64,000 nt of DNA from Mizuhopecten yessoensis (Eukaryota): NCBI RefSeq assembly GCF_002113885.1, contig NW_018406089.1:198351-262350 (forward strand). The letters are read 5' to 3'. Below the pieces are notes generated by a model that saw only the letters and a program-made list of their open reading frames with translations, had not been told where the DNA came from and searched no databases. Below are positions 40,609 through 54,402 of this stretch, in pieces (position 1 is the stretch's first letter; each line of letters begins with the position of its first letter). The position numbers and the translations under genes were made by a program.

Positions 40609-41327
40609 TCTGGTGTGATGACTCTTTGTAAAAATCACTATTAACGGGGAAAAAATCCTCTTCCAATAGAGAAGTAGGTCTACAGTACCTACCGTAGAAC
40701 TTCAGTATCATTTCCCGCTGGTATAGAAGAAGTAACAGAATGATTACGTCATAGTCATGCCACGTCATTAAGCTAGCCACGTGTCTCTTCATGACAACAA
40801 ACTCACTACACAGCGGCAGTCGCACAAAGTTTTATGAGCGCCAAATTAAAAGTTTGGGCCTGATTTATTCACAGAAGCAACTTGACTGCTGTAACCGTAT
40901 ATCAAAATAAGGTAAGGCCTGTTTTGTGTACTGTTTTTGCAATGTTAAATTTTTGAATATTGTACAATGTAAGTTTATGATGAAAACATGTCAATAAGAA
41001 TTAACCTGCAATACAATGTGAGAATATAGTAGTCGTAGACTAATGGTATGACGTCGACAACGGTGAGTTAACAACGGTGAGAAGACAATGCCCTCCTTTT
41101 TGTTTACAAAAATACTGGATATGTAATAGACAGTGATTGATAGTCAACGATGTAATTATACAGCACCAGTTATATTGTAAAACATGGACGAATATATATT
41201 TTTTCTACGCGTTCGAATTATCTGCACATTATCTTTGCATTGCAGTGGATGACATGTTCAAATGAGAAACATTTCGATTTTGTTAACATCAACACAAATT
41301 CGTTTACAGTATATTTCACACAAAGAT

Positions 41328-44300
41328 ATGCCCAGAAACACAGGCCACGGAAATGATTCCAGGCCGGCGACTGTTGTCAAGTATATCACACAGGGGAATT
41401 TCTTCCATAACAACCAGAGCTTGGATGTTGAAGGTCAGCAACCTTCAAAGGAACCCAAGGTCAAGCATAAACAAGTGATAAAGCAATGCAGAAAAAGACA
41501 GATGGAAACAAATGAGACAACACAACAACACCGTAAGATTGCAGGAAATCCTTTCATTGAAATGAACAGTCAACAGAAGGCCAGAAATATATGTTACACA
41601 CAAAAGTACCCAAGAACCAAGAAGACAGACTTCAACGTATCAAGTAAAGCTAACGACGAGGAGAAATCCTTACCAGAACGGAAAAGTTATTTTGATGATA
41701 ACCGCACTTCCCCTGACTTTATCGAAAGTTTCCGTGAGTTTTTCCAAATCTGTTTTACAAGGTTTCGCATTATATTTAGATTTAAAAATTTAAATCCTAA
41801 ACAGGAATACATTATGTATTAGTCTTCCTGATATTGTTTCCATTTATGACATTTTCTGGGTAATCCTCAATAACGTAGATTATGTCTTCCTCATTAACAG
41901 TGATTCTACCTTTGTGACAATCTTGATAATGTCGAAAAAATAGAAATTGCATATGAAGAATTTGTTTCTAAAGAAAAAATAAAATAAAAATATTCTGAAG
42001 AATTCAATTATAAACAACAACAAAACAACTCGTTCCGCATTATTGCCACAACTATCAATCGAAATATCTTTTTCTGTATTATATTGATACCGTCTTCTCT
42101 CTACCATCATACAGGAAAGAACAGAACTCGTCTCAGACCTGACCCGGATGTATACGATTGGCCCAAGGAATGGCTCCCTAAACCCGACACCCCACTAGTG
42201 CCCGCCAATACGTCAGCATTGAGGGTAAGACCACGTGTAATCTAGAACTACCGTTACGACTTCACTGTGATGTAATGTGCAGTGTCCCCCCGTTATATAC
42301 TTCACTATCCCACTTTTTATATGTTACATAAATGTTGGCTCGTGACATACGAAACAAATGTGTTTCCAGTAACCCAACCTTCCCGTCTTAACCATTAGTG
42401 AAGTTTCCACATATAGCTGTCAACCCCAGCGGTAGTTAGCTCTATTATCTATGTGACACTATGTGACGTATTATCATTCGGTACCACATGGACCAATTTA
42501 CGTTTCTATAGTAAACTTGACCTATTTCTGCCTAAACTGTTTCAATTTAAACATTTCTCTCTGATCTATGCGTCACCATTCCTTTTTTTCAACATTTCTC
42601 CTTCTTAATTCTTTCCTGACTTCTTTTCGCCTCTTCGCCTCTGCATCTATAAGATTGACCCTCCGAAATCAAAACCACCTTGTCATGTCTTTGAGAATAC
42701 GTTCTACCTGCAATCTCCACCCAAAATGAGGTCCGAAATGGAACCTTGGAAACTAGACTTCGACTACAACCCGGATGTTGAAATGGCTCGGTAAGGAACA
42801 GAACAGAAATACACATAGATTAGCAGTACTGCTCGCTTGTATAAGTTGTGTAACTTGCAATTGAATATCTTGTACATGTATGTAGCCGTTATGTTCCACA
42901 CAAATAGAGAACACGGGTGTTGTTAAAGAAATAATGAGTTCTTTATTCTTCAATGCTTGGTACAGTACAATTCACAGAGGCAGGGCAGGTGGCATAGATA
43001 GCATGTATTTACATACCATATATTTAATGTATTCTGTAGACACTCTGTGTATGGCACAGAGCCATCCTACATGCTTCTGTTCCTGCCACCTCTGTACAAG
43101 TTTCGAATAATTTTTGTAACTGCCTGGAATACTTTAAAGACAAGTAGATAGAGCTTGTGATCAGCTTGGCAGGCAGGAGTCTAACTGACCTAACAATGAT
43201 ATTCCCGCCAAGACTGACCAACAAGGGATTATAAAAATAGCGACCAATAAAAAGCAAGACAAGAACATGGACCCTGGACTTAAATCACTGGGCGTAAACT
43301 GTTACACTGAAAATAGCAACACATTACACAAAATACATAGAACACCACACCCTGTAACATGTAACGCCAACAAATGGACAAACAAATACACAAAACACCC
43401 TGGGCACATAAAAATGGATATTTATACACAATTATAACATTTACTATATATGACAATAAAATTGACCCTGTTACATGTATTTGATCCTAAGTGATGCATT
43501 AGGAACCGCAGATCAGTGTTAGATATCCCCTCAACAGAGGACACAGGGGAAAACATTTTGTTGAGGAATCCAAATTAACTTCTCATGAAAGTTCATTGAG
43601 GTACAGCGGGTCCGTATTTCCCCTAAATCTGTTTGAGTATTTATGAACAAAAGTTTATAATTTCCATGATATATTCAATACAGAATAAAAAAGATCAAGA
43701 AAGCAGAAAAACAACTGCTACACACAGTGTCCGGACGTCGTAGAACACACAGGGAGAAGTTGGATATAAAAAACGAGGCCGAGAGTATTGTCGACATTGA
43801 GGAAAACCTGGAAAAGACGGCAAAATACAACGAAAGGAAGAAAACGAACATGGAGGTTAGTGTAAATAACTCGACATTATTTCTAGTGACACTGTAAAGT
43901 TAACGAGAATCGCCTACTTTAACATAGGAGGAAGATGACTTTTGGACGATAGAAGCTCATCAATAGAAGAGGTTTTCATGTTACACTAGAATGATAGTTT
44001 TGTTGAACTTATCAAGGTTGATTCGAATATTTGCATCAAAATGTCAGAAAATAGGAAAATCGGTACGATATCTTGTATATATATGATATCAGAATTCCGG
44101 AAACCAAATTAACCGGTGCAGATTTAATGGGATCCGATATTATATTTTTGTTGATTATAATGTTCAAGATTAACTATATTTCCAGATAATGAGGCGAGTG
44201 TACAGAGAGAGGGACTTGGGTAAACCTCCAGATACAAATGACATAAGAGAAATGGCAATGGACATCAAATGCAAAGTTTACCTCAAAACCATGAAGGTTT

Positions 44301-45283
44301 CACATCCAGGGTATAACCACACCAAGAAAAGTGAAACAGATCACGGAAACATGGATTTTGATTTCACGATCCCCAACGAAGATACCATCACCAACGAGGC
44401 TAGAAAAATCACAAATCAAATTTTCCAGAAGACAGAATCTGCTTTAGAGAGGGACTTGGGTGTTGTCATCCACGAGCCCAAGCCTCGACCCAGTGCTGGT
44501 GTCAACTATGTATACGATGCTTACAAAAAAGAGAGAGAAAGTGTTCTAGCTCATAATTCCTACAGCAATCATGGATGGGGGACAAATCGTATAGGAACAG
44601 ACCTAGACACGACAAAGGCAAATGAAGGCCAACGAATGACACTGTGGTATGGACACGAGAACTACAGGAAGCTACAACAGTATGAAAAAGGAAAACATCA
44701 CGGAATTATAGCTGGCTGTAGTAGTAGCAACTCAAACAGTACAAACCGTAAAGATGAAGAAATGGACGGCCCTATAGATGGATATGACAATGAAGAAAGT
44801 GACGATGGCGAGGAATTGGAAGAGGATATCCCCTCGCCGCCTCGTATGACATTGTGGTATGGACACAGTCAGAGCATTGGGGATGACGAAGACGTGGCGA
44901 TTGATTTGATGCACGGTGCTATTCGAAAGAGGAAACTCGATTTTGACGTCGATGGCGAGGAGGAGTTTCACAGCGTCAAGCACAGGCCTACACTTTTGTA
45001 TGGAGAACACGAACTGATGGTGATAGAGGAGGACGTAGTGGGGAACGACGTCAAGCTAAATCATAATGGATTAGGAGGAGAGAAAGATGGTGCGACGGTG
45101 AATGACGGAAAAAAGGACGACGCTGAGGTAAGCTTCACCAGAACAGTGCCTTTCCTGTATCTGTCCACAGAGGATCTCCCGCATAGGATTCGAATTGAGA
45201 CCTTCACGTTCGAAAGGACACCACAGCAGAGCACCAACACCAACGATCGGTTTCTCTACAGCCCTCGATGTGTCATCCTGTAG
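41328..45283 (+). CDS. Uncharacterised ~640-aa hydrophilic protein with C-terminal CaaX (CVIL)
   Basis: Exons 41328-41733, 42115-42224, 42654-42790, 43684-43855, 44186-45283. All four introns are GT-AG and phases chain (1,0,2,0) with no stops. No domain recognised. Confidence 0.75.
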
Positions 45284-46326
45284 AATTGTCACTTTAAATA
45301 ATTTCGCAAACTCTCGATAGAGACATTCGAATCTTAACATATGACCATCTAGTCGTACCATCTTTCAATATTAATTGAACATTTGGCCTTACCAATGCTT
45401 CTGATGAGTGGTATGGTAGCAATTACTAGGCATAATATAAAGTGTATGGGAGTATGCAGTAGTTTGAATAATGTTTGAAAACTACATTCGTGGTAATCCG
45501 AAGCTTGCATTTGTTTGATGAAGATCAATATTTATGTGAGAAGCCACAAGTCTGACGTACATTTAAAACTATCAATTAATTTTACCAACATTAAAATGAT
45601 CATAATTGGTATTATGTGTTTAAATAATATTTCTATTAAATGTCCAAAAATGTCATACATCACAAAAGCAGAGAATTGAATGAAAATAATGAAATCTATT
45701 TTGTCAACTTAACAGGTGTTTTATCTGTTGCCAGATAGGATGATCTACTTAATATCTGTGATTCTTTCACGTTACATTATTTTACCTACACACTTCAGAA
45801 TTAAACTGTTATATTTGTTATATTAAAGCCTTTAATTTTTGTAGACATGTTTTTTTTAATTGTTTACAATTAGTTCAATACAAAATGATTTACACCATTG
45901 ATAACCTCTTCATTTATTAATGTTTCAGTAGACAACAGATATGTATACCACATACCTTGTCTTTGAACAAAAAATATTGCTAAGACTGTATAATTTTCGT
46001 GGGCTTGCAGACGTATCTCGCGTTGTGCATTGAATTAGCGATTTTGGTTTAAGATAGTTCATACTCAAAACTTTTCACGAGTTTTAAACTATCAGATTGA
46101 AGTCTTTCCATAATATCGCTAAAATTGCAGGGCAGCAAACATTACAATATATATCCTAGAAATATTCTAGGTTTTATATTTAATTGTTTGACTCCTGCTC
46201 TTACGAAAGATCACAATGGACAATGGGGTCTGTTTCGCTTACCTTTAGAAAATGGCATGCATGAATTTAAAAAATAAAATAATGGCCAAAGCTCTGACGT
46301 TATAAACCAAGTTACTGATGTATTTC

Positions 46327-46391
46327 CGTCCTTAAATGACCATAGCTGTTGATAGGCCATTAAAAAATACTAAACCAAACCAAACCAAACC
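46327..46391 (+). mobile_element. 5'-truncated SINE/LINE 3' end with (CAAAC)n tail
   Basis: 14-bp TSD TACTGrTGTATTTC (46313-46326 / 46392-46405, 1 mismatch). Confidence 0.7.
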
Positions 46392-48639
46392 TACTGGTGT
46401 ATTTCTACGCATGGTATATCTACACCATAGTTTCAATATCTTGGTGCGATATAAACCATCATATGTCTACAAGGATTACAGGAAATTCGGATCAAACTAG
46501 GTGACCAGCAATGACTCGAAAACTACGTACAATCACATCAGTATTCGGATTTCCTAACGCACGTGTACAACTACATCCGATGGGTTTGAATGTCCGAGTA
46601 ACAGCGAAAGAAGAGTAAAGCTGAGAGACTACAGACTGAAAGATAGACACACGTATTCAAGTACAAAGTTGGTTAATTTCGAAAATCAACTAGAACGTTT
46701 CTAGCTACAATGACCACAAATCTTGCTGTTATCTTAGTTGGCGTAGAATCTGACTTCTCTGATTAGTACTGTTCTGGGGAAGTTCAAACGAACCATTTAC
46801 GACCCTTGGTATCATATTAACCCATTTCAAGTATTCTCCTTTTCCTATCTTAACTGTGAAACATCAAAGTACATATCCGCTGATATTACTGCTTCCTAAA
46901 CATGATTCTCTGTTAATTCTTTGTAATACAAACTAGCTAGACATTGATTTTACTAATAAAATCCAGGGTCATGAACTTTTGAATGGTAGTTTTGAAAAAA
47001 GACAGCATACGACAAGATCAATTATTCTGCATTAGTAAAAATTGCGTCTGATAAGCCAAGACCTTAACAGGGACCGCTTTCCATAAGCACTACATCCCTG
47101 CAGGTGGGGGATCGGGAAACAATACACCTGCTGTTACACATGGCATATACCGTAAGAGGCGACTAATGTGGGAACCGCCTGTAGAATTGGGGATTTGCTT
47201 TTGCGCCTTCTACTTGGGGATCAAAAGCGACCAAAATAAATCTGCTGCACCCATTGCAACATTTGAGATATTTATCTTTCTTTCTACTTCTAACTACCTT
47301 TTATTTCCTAGCGCCTAGCTTGCCATATTGATCGAATATTGTTGACGTGTTGCTAATCTTTCTATTTTTAAAAGTCAACGAAGCAGAAATTACTTGAAGA
47401 TGTAAAATAGAGATGATAACTATACTTCAAACTAGAGAGTGCTGTATATAAAAAAATATGTATTTAAATTATTGACAGCTGTTGAGGAAAGTATTAAGCG
47501 GTCTAAATGCGGTGTTTTCGATCTTTGAGTAATGCTACTAGCGGTGTTCTAAGTAGTATGTTCGGTTCCATTTAAAGGGATAATAGTTCTATTAACATCT
47601 TATTAGTGAAAACAATACCTTACTTATCTCAATGTCAGGCAACACCAAACACATGCAGTTAGGAAACTTAATCAGTAGTTGTCTGTCGTGTATGAATTCT
47701 GACACAGTGGATCCTGTAGCGCGAATTCTGCAATATGAAAACGCAAAACGTTGACACAGCGAAATTAGATCACTTTACTATAACAAGTGTACATAACTGG
47801 ATAGACATTAATCTCTGCAAATGCTGGAGATGGAATCAGATATACTGTTGGGTTAAGCATGCTCTGCTCCTCGTATTGTATACCCGTTATGGGAATGATA
47901 AATTCGGAGAATATGACGTTTTGGGAAACACTTACTGGGCTATGTTCGATGAAAAACATATCATCCATATTCATTTTCAGGCGATACATGACTGAACTAA
48001 GACAGTTCTGGTGTTATCACTGCATAGGGAAGTTTGGTGCATTAACGGAAGTTAATGATGAGGCAACCACACATCATCCGGACATTGCTGTTCAATATTG
48101 GACGAAACAACAGGGAAGTTACAGTACCAATCAAAACTTCTTCCGTCCTGGCGTAAATAATTTGTATTTGACGCAGAGAGTAATACATGTTGGAACTTCA
48201 AACATTATTGTATTCCACTCTTTACAACACAATGTATTGATTCTGCAGATTTTATTGTTATATAACTGGAACTGTCAATTTATGACTAATAGAATCTTCC
48301 CCTACCTTGAGGGTGTGCCAGAGAAATCTCCAACCCGAGGGGTGATGCTTTTTGGTTGTCTAACCCGAGGCTCTCCCTCGGCTACAACTTTGTGACAATA
48401 GACGAAGAAACTGACAAAATCAGGACACATTACACGAAACTGAACCGAGGTGTAAACAAATACACGTGTTTACAATGTATATGCAAACGTATAGAGTAGT
48501 ATTAAACTTATGCAACTTTGTAAGAAAGTATCGAGATATGTAAGAAGAAAAATACGATTATGTATCACTTCTCAATCGTCCCGCTCAACAACTTTAAGCC
48601 GCAAAATATATTGCCATATTACACGTATAACCAGCGTGA

Positions 48640-48835
48640 CACATGGACCTGAGAATTTGTTACAGCTATATTTGGACCTAAACTAAGGTTTTAGGGGTTA
48701 AGATCGACTTTCGGTAAAATCATTGGGGTGTCATTTTTACCAAAAGTCGATCTAAACCCCTAAAACGTGTAAAATTACTCTGAACACCTTAGTTAAGGTC
48801 CAAATATAGCTGTAACAAATTCTCAGGTCCCTGTG
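48640..48835. mobile_element. 196-bp MITE with ~49-bp TIRs and 8-bp TSD
   Basis: TIR CACAkGGACCTGAGAATTTGTTACAGCTATATTTGGACCT; TSD CAGCGTGA/CAGCGCGA; second internal inverted repeat. Confidence 0.8.
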
Positions 48836-49069
48836 CAGCGCGAGGGTGGCGGTGTCACAGATGATGCCACATGTCCCACAATTCAGCAAGTCATCAAAGG
48901 TACAAGTGTTGGATTGTGTACAGCAGATCAGAGGTCACTTGGATATCTCCAAAAGAAAAGCTCAAATTCTACAAGGAATCCCACTTTCTTATCACGATGA
49001 TGAAGGGGGATACTAACTAATACTCCTTAAACAAGCACGGGATGTATCACCTTAAGCACTCTGTGTGGA

Positions 49070-49099
49070 CACGGAATTAGATTGTTATCTAAGTCCGTG
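49070..49099. mobile_element. 30-bp palindromic TIR-only element or footprint, 7-bp TSD GTGTGGA
   Basis: gtgtgga|cacggaattagat tgtt atctaagtccgtg|gtgtgga. Confidence 0.85.
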
Positions 49100-50007
49100 G
49101 TGTGGATAAGGCTATCAGATCAGTATTGAATTCACAGAACTTCGACCACAGGAGGATTCAGACCCATAGTTCCCTGCCCAACAAATAATATCAGTAGCTT
49201 ATCCTATTTCCATGTTTTATTTGAAAACTCACTCAATTAACAACATCCCTGTTGCCCCTCTTTGTGCAATGTCTGCTAAAATGTCGTTCAGCTCTGATCT
49301 CCATAGGATCATATTTTTGGACATGTTTAACCACAAGAGCATTGCTATAGGATGAAATTCAATGCTAAAAGGTATACAACAGGGGTAAGGAAGCTACTAC
49401 AATAACACAAAGGAAATCATGTGATAATCCGTTTATTGCGAACTTTTCAGTAACAATTGCACTTATATGACATACAGGTGTAGACTCTGTATCCCCATAC
49501 ATACTTAGCACTTCTATGATACATAATTTACATAATTACTAAAACAACTTCCATACACTGACACAAATTCACACAATTAATACAACTAATTAATCATGGA
49601 AACATCATCATAAAGATACAACTGAACAATTCCCTCCTGATTCACCAGATAATTAACATAAATATTATATTGAGTATAGTGTTATTAAATATTCTCCCAT
49701 TCCGTGAGCAATGAACCAATTACAGAGATAATTTCTACGGTATGATGGATGTGGTAAAAATGAAACAGCTGTCAAACTCTTGGTTCACAGACAACTGTTC
49801 CCATTACTAGTTATCCCTGAGGACTATTGAAATTAACGGGCAATTCAACAATGAATTAAAAGAATGTTTGAAAAGTAAGTGGTACATGATAAGATATGTA
49901 TAAGTAATATAATGTGATATAATCTATGAATGTGTAAATAATGTATATAATATAGATTGTGACATGTTGTATTGTTGCAAAATTTAGAAATTTAATTCAA
50001 TATAAAA

Positions 50008-52340
50008 AACAAGAGGCCCAGAGGGCCTGTATCGCTCACCTGGATACCTAAGCAATCATGGCAAACTATTCTCCAAATGAGATCAAGGGAATATGCCAGA
50101 CGACCCCAAGGCCAATCCTTGTAGCATAGCTATATTAGATTTTTCATGCCCAGCAATTTTATGTATGGTTATGGGGTGGGGATCTCAACTGTTTCCAAGC
50201 TTTGACTCAGAAACTAGGTCCCTAGAGTTGTGGCCAGACCCCAGGATCGATTCTAATATCGTGACTGCATTTGTCTCTTTTTGCCAAGCATTTGTATATA
50301 TAGTTTTGGGGTGGGGATCTCAACCGTTTCAAAGTTATGACCCAGGGGCCAAGTCTGCAAGGGTGGGGCAGACCCTGGGATCAATTCTAATGTCATGACT
50401 GCATTCGTCTCTTTATGCCCAACAATTGTATATATAGTTTTGGGGTGGGGATATTAACCATTTCAAAGTTATGACCCAGGGGTTAAGTCTCCAAGGGTGG
50501 GGCAGTCCCCAAGGCCAACCTGGAAGCATATGTGCAATCATCTCTTTATACTCAGCAATTGTATATATACGGTTATAGGGTGGGGCTCTCAACTGTTTCC
50601 AAGCTGTGACTAAGAAACTAGGTCCCTAGGGGTTCGGTCAGACCCCAGGGTCTATTCTGATATCATGATTGCATTCGTCTCTTTATGCCCAGCATTTGTA
50701 TATATAGTTTTGGGGTGGGGATCTCAACCGTTTTAAAGTTATGGCCCAGGGACTATGTCTCCAAGGGTGGGGCCAGACCCTAGGGACATCCTGGAAGCAA
50801 ATGTGCATTCTTCTCTTTATACTCAGCAATTGTATATATGGTTATATGGTGGGGATCTCAACCATTTCCAAGTAATACATTTTATTGGCCCCACCCCTTA
50901 GCCCGGGGGGTCAGCCCCACCATTTGTACAATTTTGAATCCCTGCCTCCCATGAATACTTCCGACCAAATATGATCAATATCCATGGCATAGTTCTGCAG
51001 AAGAAGTCATTTATAGCAATATAACCAAATTGCCCCCTTTTGGCCCCGCCCCTCAGCCCCCTGGGGGGTCAGCCCAACCGTTTGTACAATTTTGAATCTC
51101 CACCACCTAGAGATGCTTCCAGTCAAATAAGGTTGATATCCATCACTTAGTTCCAGAGAAGAAGTCACTTAAAGCAGTATAGCCAAATACCCTTTTTGGC
51201 CCTGCCCCTCAGCCCCCTGGGGGGTCAGCCACACCATTTGTACAATTTTAAATCCCTGCCTCCCAGGAATGCTTTTGATCAAATATGATTGATATCCAGT
51301 GCACAGTTCTACAGAAGAAGTCGTTTGTAGCAATATAGCCAAATGGCCCCCTTTTGGCCCAGCCCCTTAGCCCCCTGGGGAGTCAGCCCCTTCGTTTGTA
51401 CAATTTTTAATCACCATCACCTAGGGATGCTTCCAGTCAAATATGGTTGATATCCACTTCTTAGTTCCAGAGAAGAAGTCACTTAAAGCAGTATAGCCAA
51501 ATCCCCTTTTTGGCCCCGCCCCTAAGCCCCCTGGGGAGTCAGCCCCATAATTTGTACAATTTTTAATCACCATCACCTAGGGATGCTTGCAGTCAAATAT
51601 GGTTGATATCCACTTCTTAGTTCCAGAGAAGAAGTCGCTTAAAGCAATATAGCCAAATTGCCCCATTTTGGCACGCCCTCAGCCCCACCATTTGTACAAT
51701 TTTTAATCACCATCTCCTAGGGATGCTTGCAGTTAAATATGGTTGATATCCTCTTCTTAGTTCCAGAGAAGAAGTCACTTTAAGCAGTATAGCCAAATCC
51801 CCTTTGCGGCCCCGCCCCTAAGCCCCCTGGGGGGTCAGCCCCATCATTTGTACAATTTTGAATCCCTGACACCTAGGGATGCTTGCAGTTAAATATGGTT
51901 GATATCCACTTCTTAGTTCCAGAGAAGAAGTCACTTTAAGCAGTATAGCCAAATACGCTTTTTGGCCCCGCCCCTACTCCCCCTGGGGGGTCAGCCCCAT
52001 CATTTGTACAATTTTGAATCTCCACCACCTAGAGATGCTTCCAGTCAAATATGGTTGATATACCATTCTTAGTTCCAGAGAAGTCACTTAAAGCAGTATA
52101 CCAAAATCCCCTTTTTGGCCCCGCCCCTACTCCCCCTGGGGGGTCAGCCCCATCATTTGTACAATTTTGAATCTCCACCACCTAGAGATGCTTCCAGTCA
52201 AATTTAGTTTAATTCCAACCAGTGGTTAAGGAGAAGAAGTCGTTTAAAGAAATTGTTGACGTACAGACGGATGACCGACGGACGACGGACGCCACGGTAT
52301 GGCATAAGCTCACCTTGGTCCTTCAGACCAGGTGAGATAA
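50008..52340 (+). mobile_element. 2.3-kb HINE carrying two different internal tandem arrays
   Basis: AACAAGAGGCCC..CGCTCACCTG start; ~120-bp-type units at about 50090-50870; about nine ~155-bp units at about 50880-52250; (gacg)n tract; 3' hairpin. Confidence 0.85.
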
Positions 52341-53704
52341 TTAGAGGGGCTCTTACAAACAAAATGAAAACAAAGTGGAAATCAGGAAGGGCTAATTCCA
52401 GTTTTAAGGGTCCAAAGCCCCCAGGGTCCCTCCTCCAGTATTATGAGTAAAGCACCATCCTGGATTTTTTTCTCTGTTTTTCTTTACTTTTTGTAAAGAT
52501 AATGTGAAGCCCGCTTTTGTTTCATAGTATTTATAATAGAATTAAGAAAATGGAATGTGCTTTCTTGGAAACATTTGAAAATAAATTCATGAAATTGAAG
52601 AAAAATGTCTAAATCTCCTTTTGAATGCATCCCAAATATAATTATGCAAGGCAAAAGACAAAAATTGAGCATAAGTAACTTTATGTAACAACATACATGC
52701 TGAATAGTGTAATAGCTTAAGAATAAGAGGGAGTGCCTAATTGGCAATCTAACTATTCCATCTATGCAGAATAACCCAGGGATGAATTCTATAGTTAAGC
52801 AACGTTGAGCGTTGTCAGTGGCTGGGTGCATGCCAACACACTACATTTGGTGGCAGCGGTGGGAATACTTAACACCGGTGGAATAAAATGTGTTTAGACC
52901 GATTTCCTGGTAGCCAACACAGTAAAGAAGCACCAATAATGTCATTTCATTTGTATACAACACAATAGACTGACTAAAGGTGCTCTTTATAATATTTTCT
53001 TTCAAATACAACATTATATAAATTGCATTCGACCAATGCAGCATATGATGATACATGATACTTGTACATTAATGTGCAGCCCACAAAAATAACACCATTA
53101 AATATAATTACAAATATAACAAATTTTCTTACAATTGGACATTACTTCACCGAATCATTCTCAAGTATAAAAGATTGTTTAAATAGATCCTCTTGACATG
53201 TCCATTAAAATGGTGTCCTACTTATTAAATTTGACACAGTACGGTATGGCAATCAACATGGATTAAGTTTAATCGGATCATAAATGTAAAAATGGATACA
53301 TGCATATATACAGAACTAGATGTTGTATTGTGTGGCATTTACAGATGCATGTCCCATAGGACAAGGTCACAACATGAGGTCAAAGGTCAACCATTCTAAT
53401 GCTGGTCTAGATTTTAACTTTTGAGTATATTTCCATCAAAATGGATGGATGTGTAAATTCTGACTAGAAACGAGTGTAAAGTGCTGTTTAAAGGTCTGTG
53501 TCCCTATGTCAAGGTTATTGTAAGGGGTCAAAGGTTAAATAAGCGTTGTATCTGTCCAGACTGATGAATATTTACTCATTAACTTGTATTAGAGTGTTTA
53601 TCAGAACAGTGTATTTGACAAACAGAGTATAGAGCATTCCTGTATACATGTTGATGATGTAAGGTGTGTGTAAATTCTAAAAATTACTAACACAAGTAAA
53701 CTAC

Positions 53705-53920
53705 ACCAAATGTAAATTACCATTACTGGTAAATAAACCTTAACAGGTAAAATTACCAATGCAGGTAATCACCATCACATGTAAATTCTCATTACAGGTA
53801 AATTACCTGCACAGGTAAAATTACCAATACAGGTAAATTACCAACACAGGTAAAATTACTTTACAGGTCAATTACCATTACAGAGGTAAATTACAAACAC
53901 AGGTAAATTACCATCACATG
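53705..53920. repeat. Degenerate ~20-bp tandem repeat (acaggtaaattacc...)
   Basis: Repeated caggtaaa(a)ttacc motif. Confidence 0.65.
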
Positions 53921-54402
53921 TATATGTCTTTGGTAACAGTTCACAATTTCTGCTTCTGAATGATAATGAGGCATGTTTTATGCAAAACACAAGGATCTGG
54001 CAATATGCTGCAAAACTGACATTTCTGAACACTGACTTTATCATGACTTAGTACCCTACTGTTGTGGTCAGTGTTATTTACTGGCTCACATGAGTAATTA
54101 TCATAAAACATATTTATCTCCTTACGTGTTTGTATGACTATTTGTGTTAATTGCTTTTGATCACAGTAAAGTTTTTAAGTATCCAGATATTTTGACTTTC
54201 AATTTCTATTATGACTAACTGGCCATTTGTTTTGGTCAGTGTGATTAAAATATTGACCAGTGATTGGTTTGTTTTATATTCTCCTTCAATCAGCATGACT
54301 TACTGGGGATTCCGAATGGATCACTGTGTCACTGTATATTGAAAATATTAGCCCTTCATTTTCTATTGGTCAGCATGGCTTATGTACTGACCACCGTGTT
54401 GG

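Noticed and set aside
47735-48395. ORF with CYHC...HHP resembling a zinc finger
   Set aside because: No consistent exon chain or recognisable domain; possibly a decayed TE.
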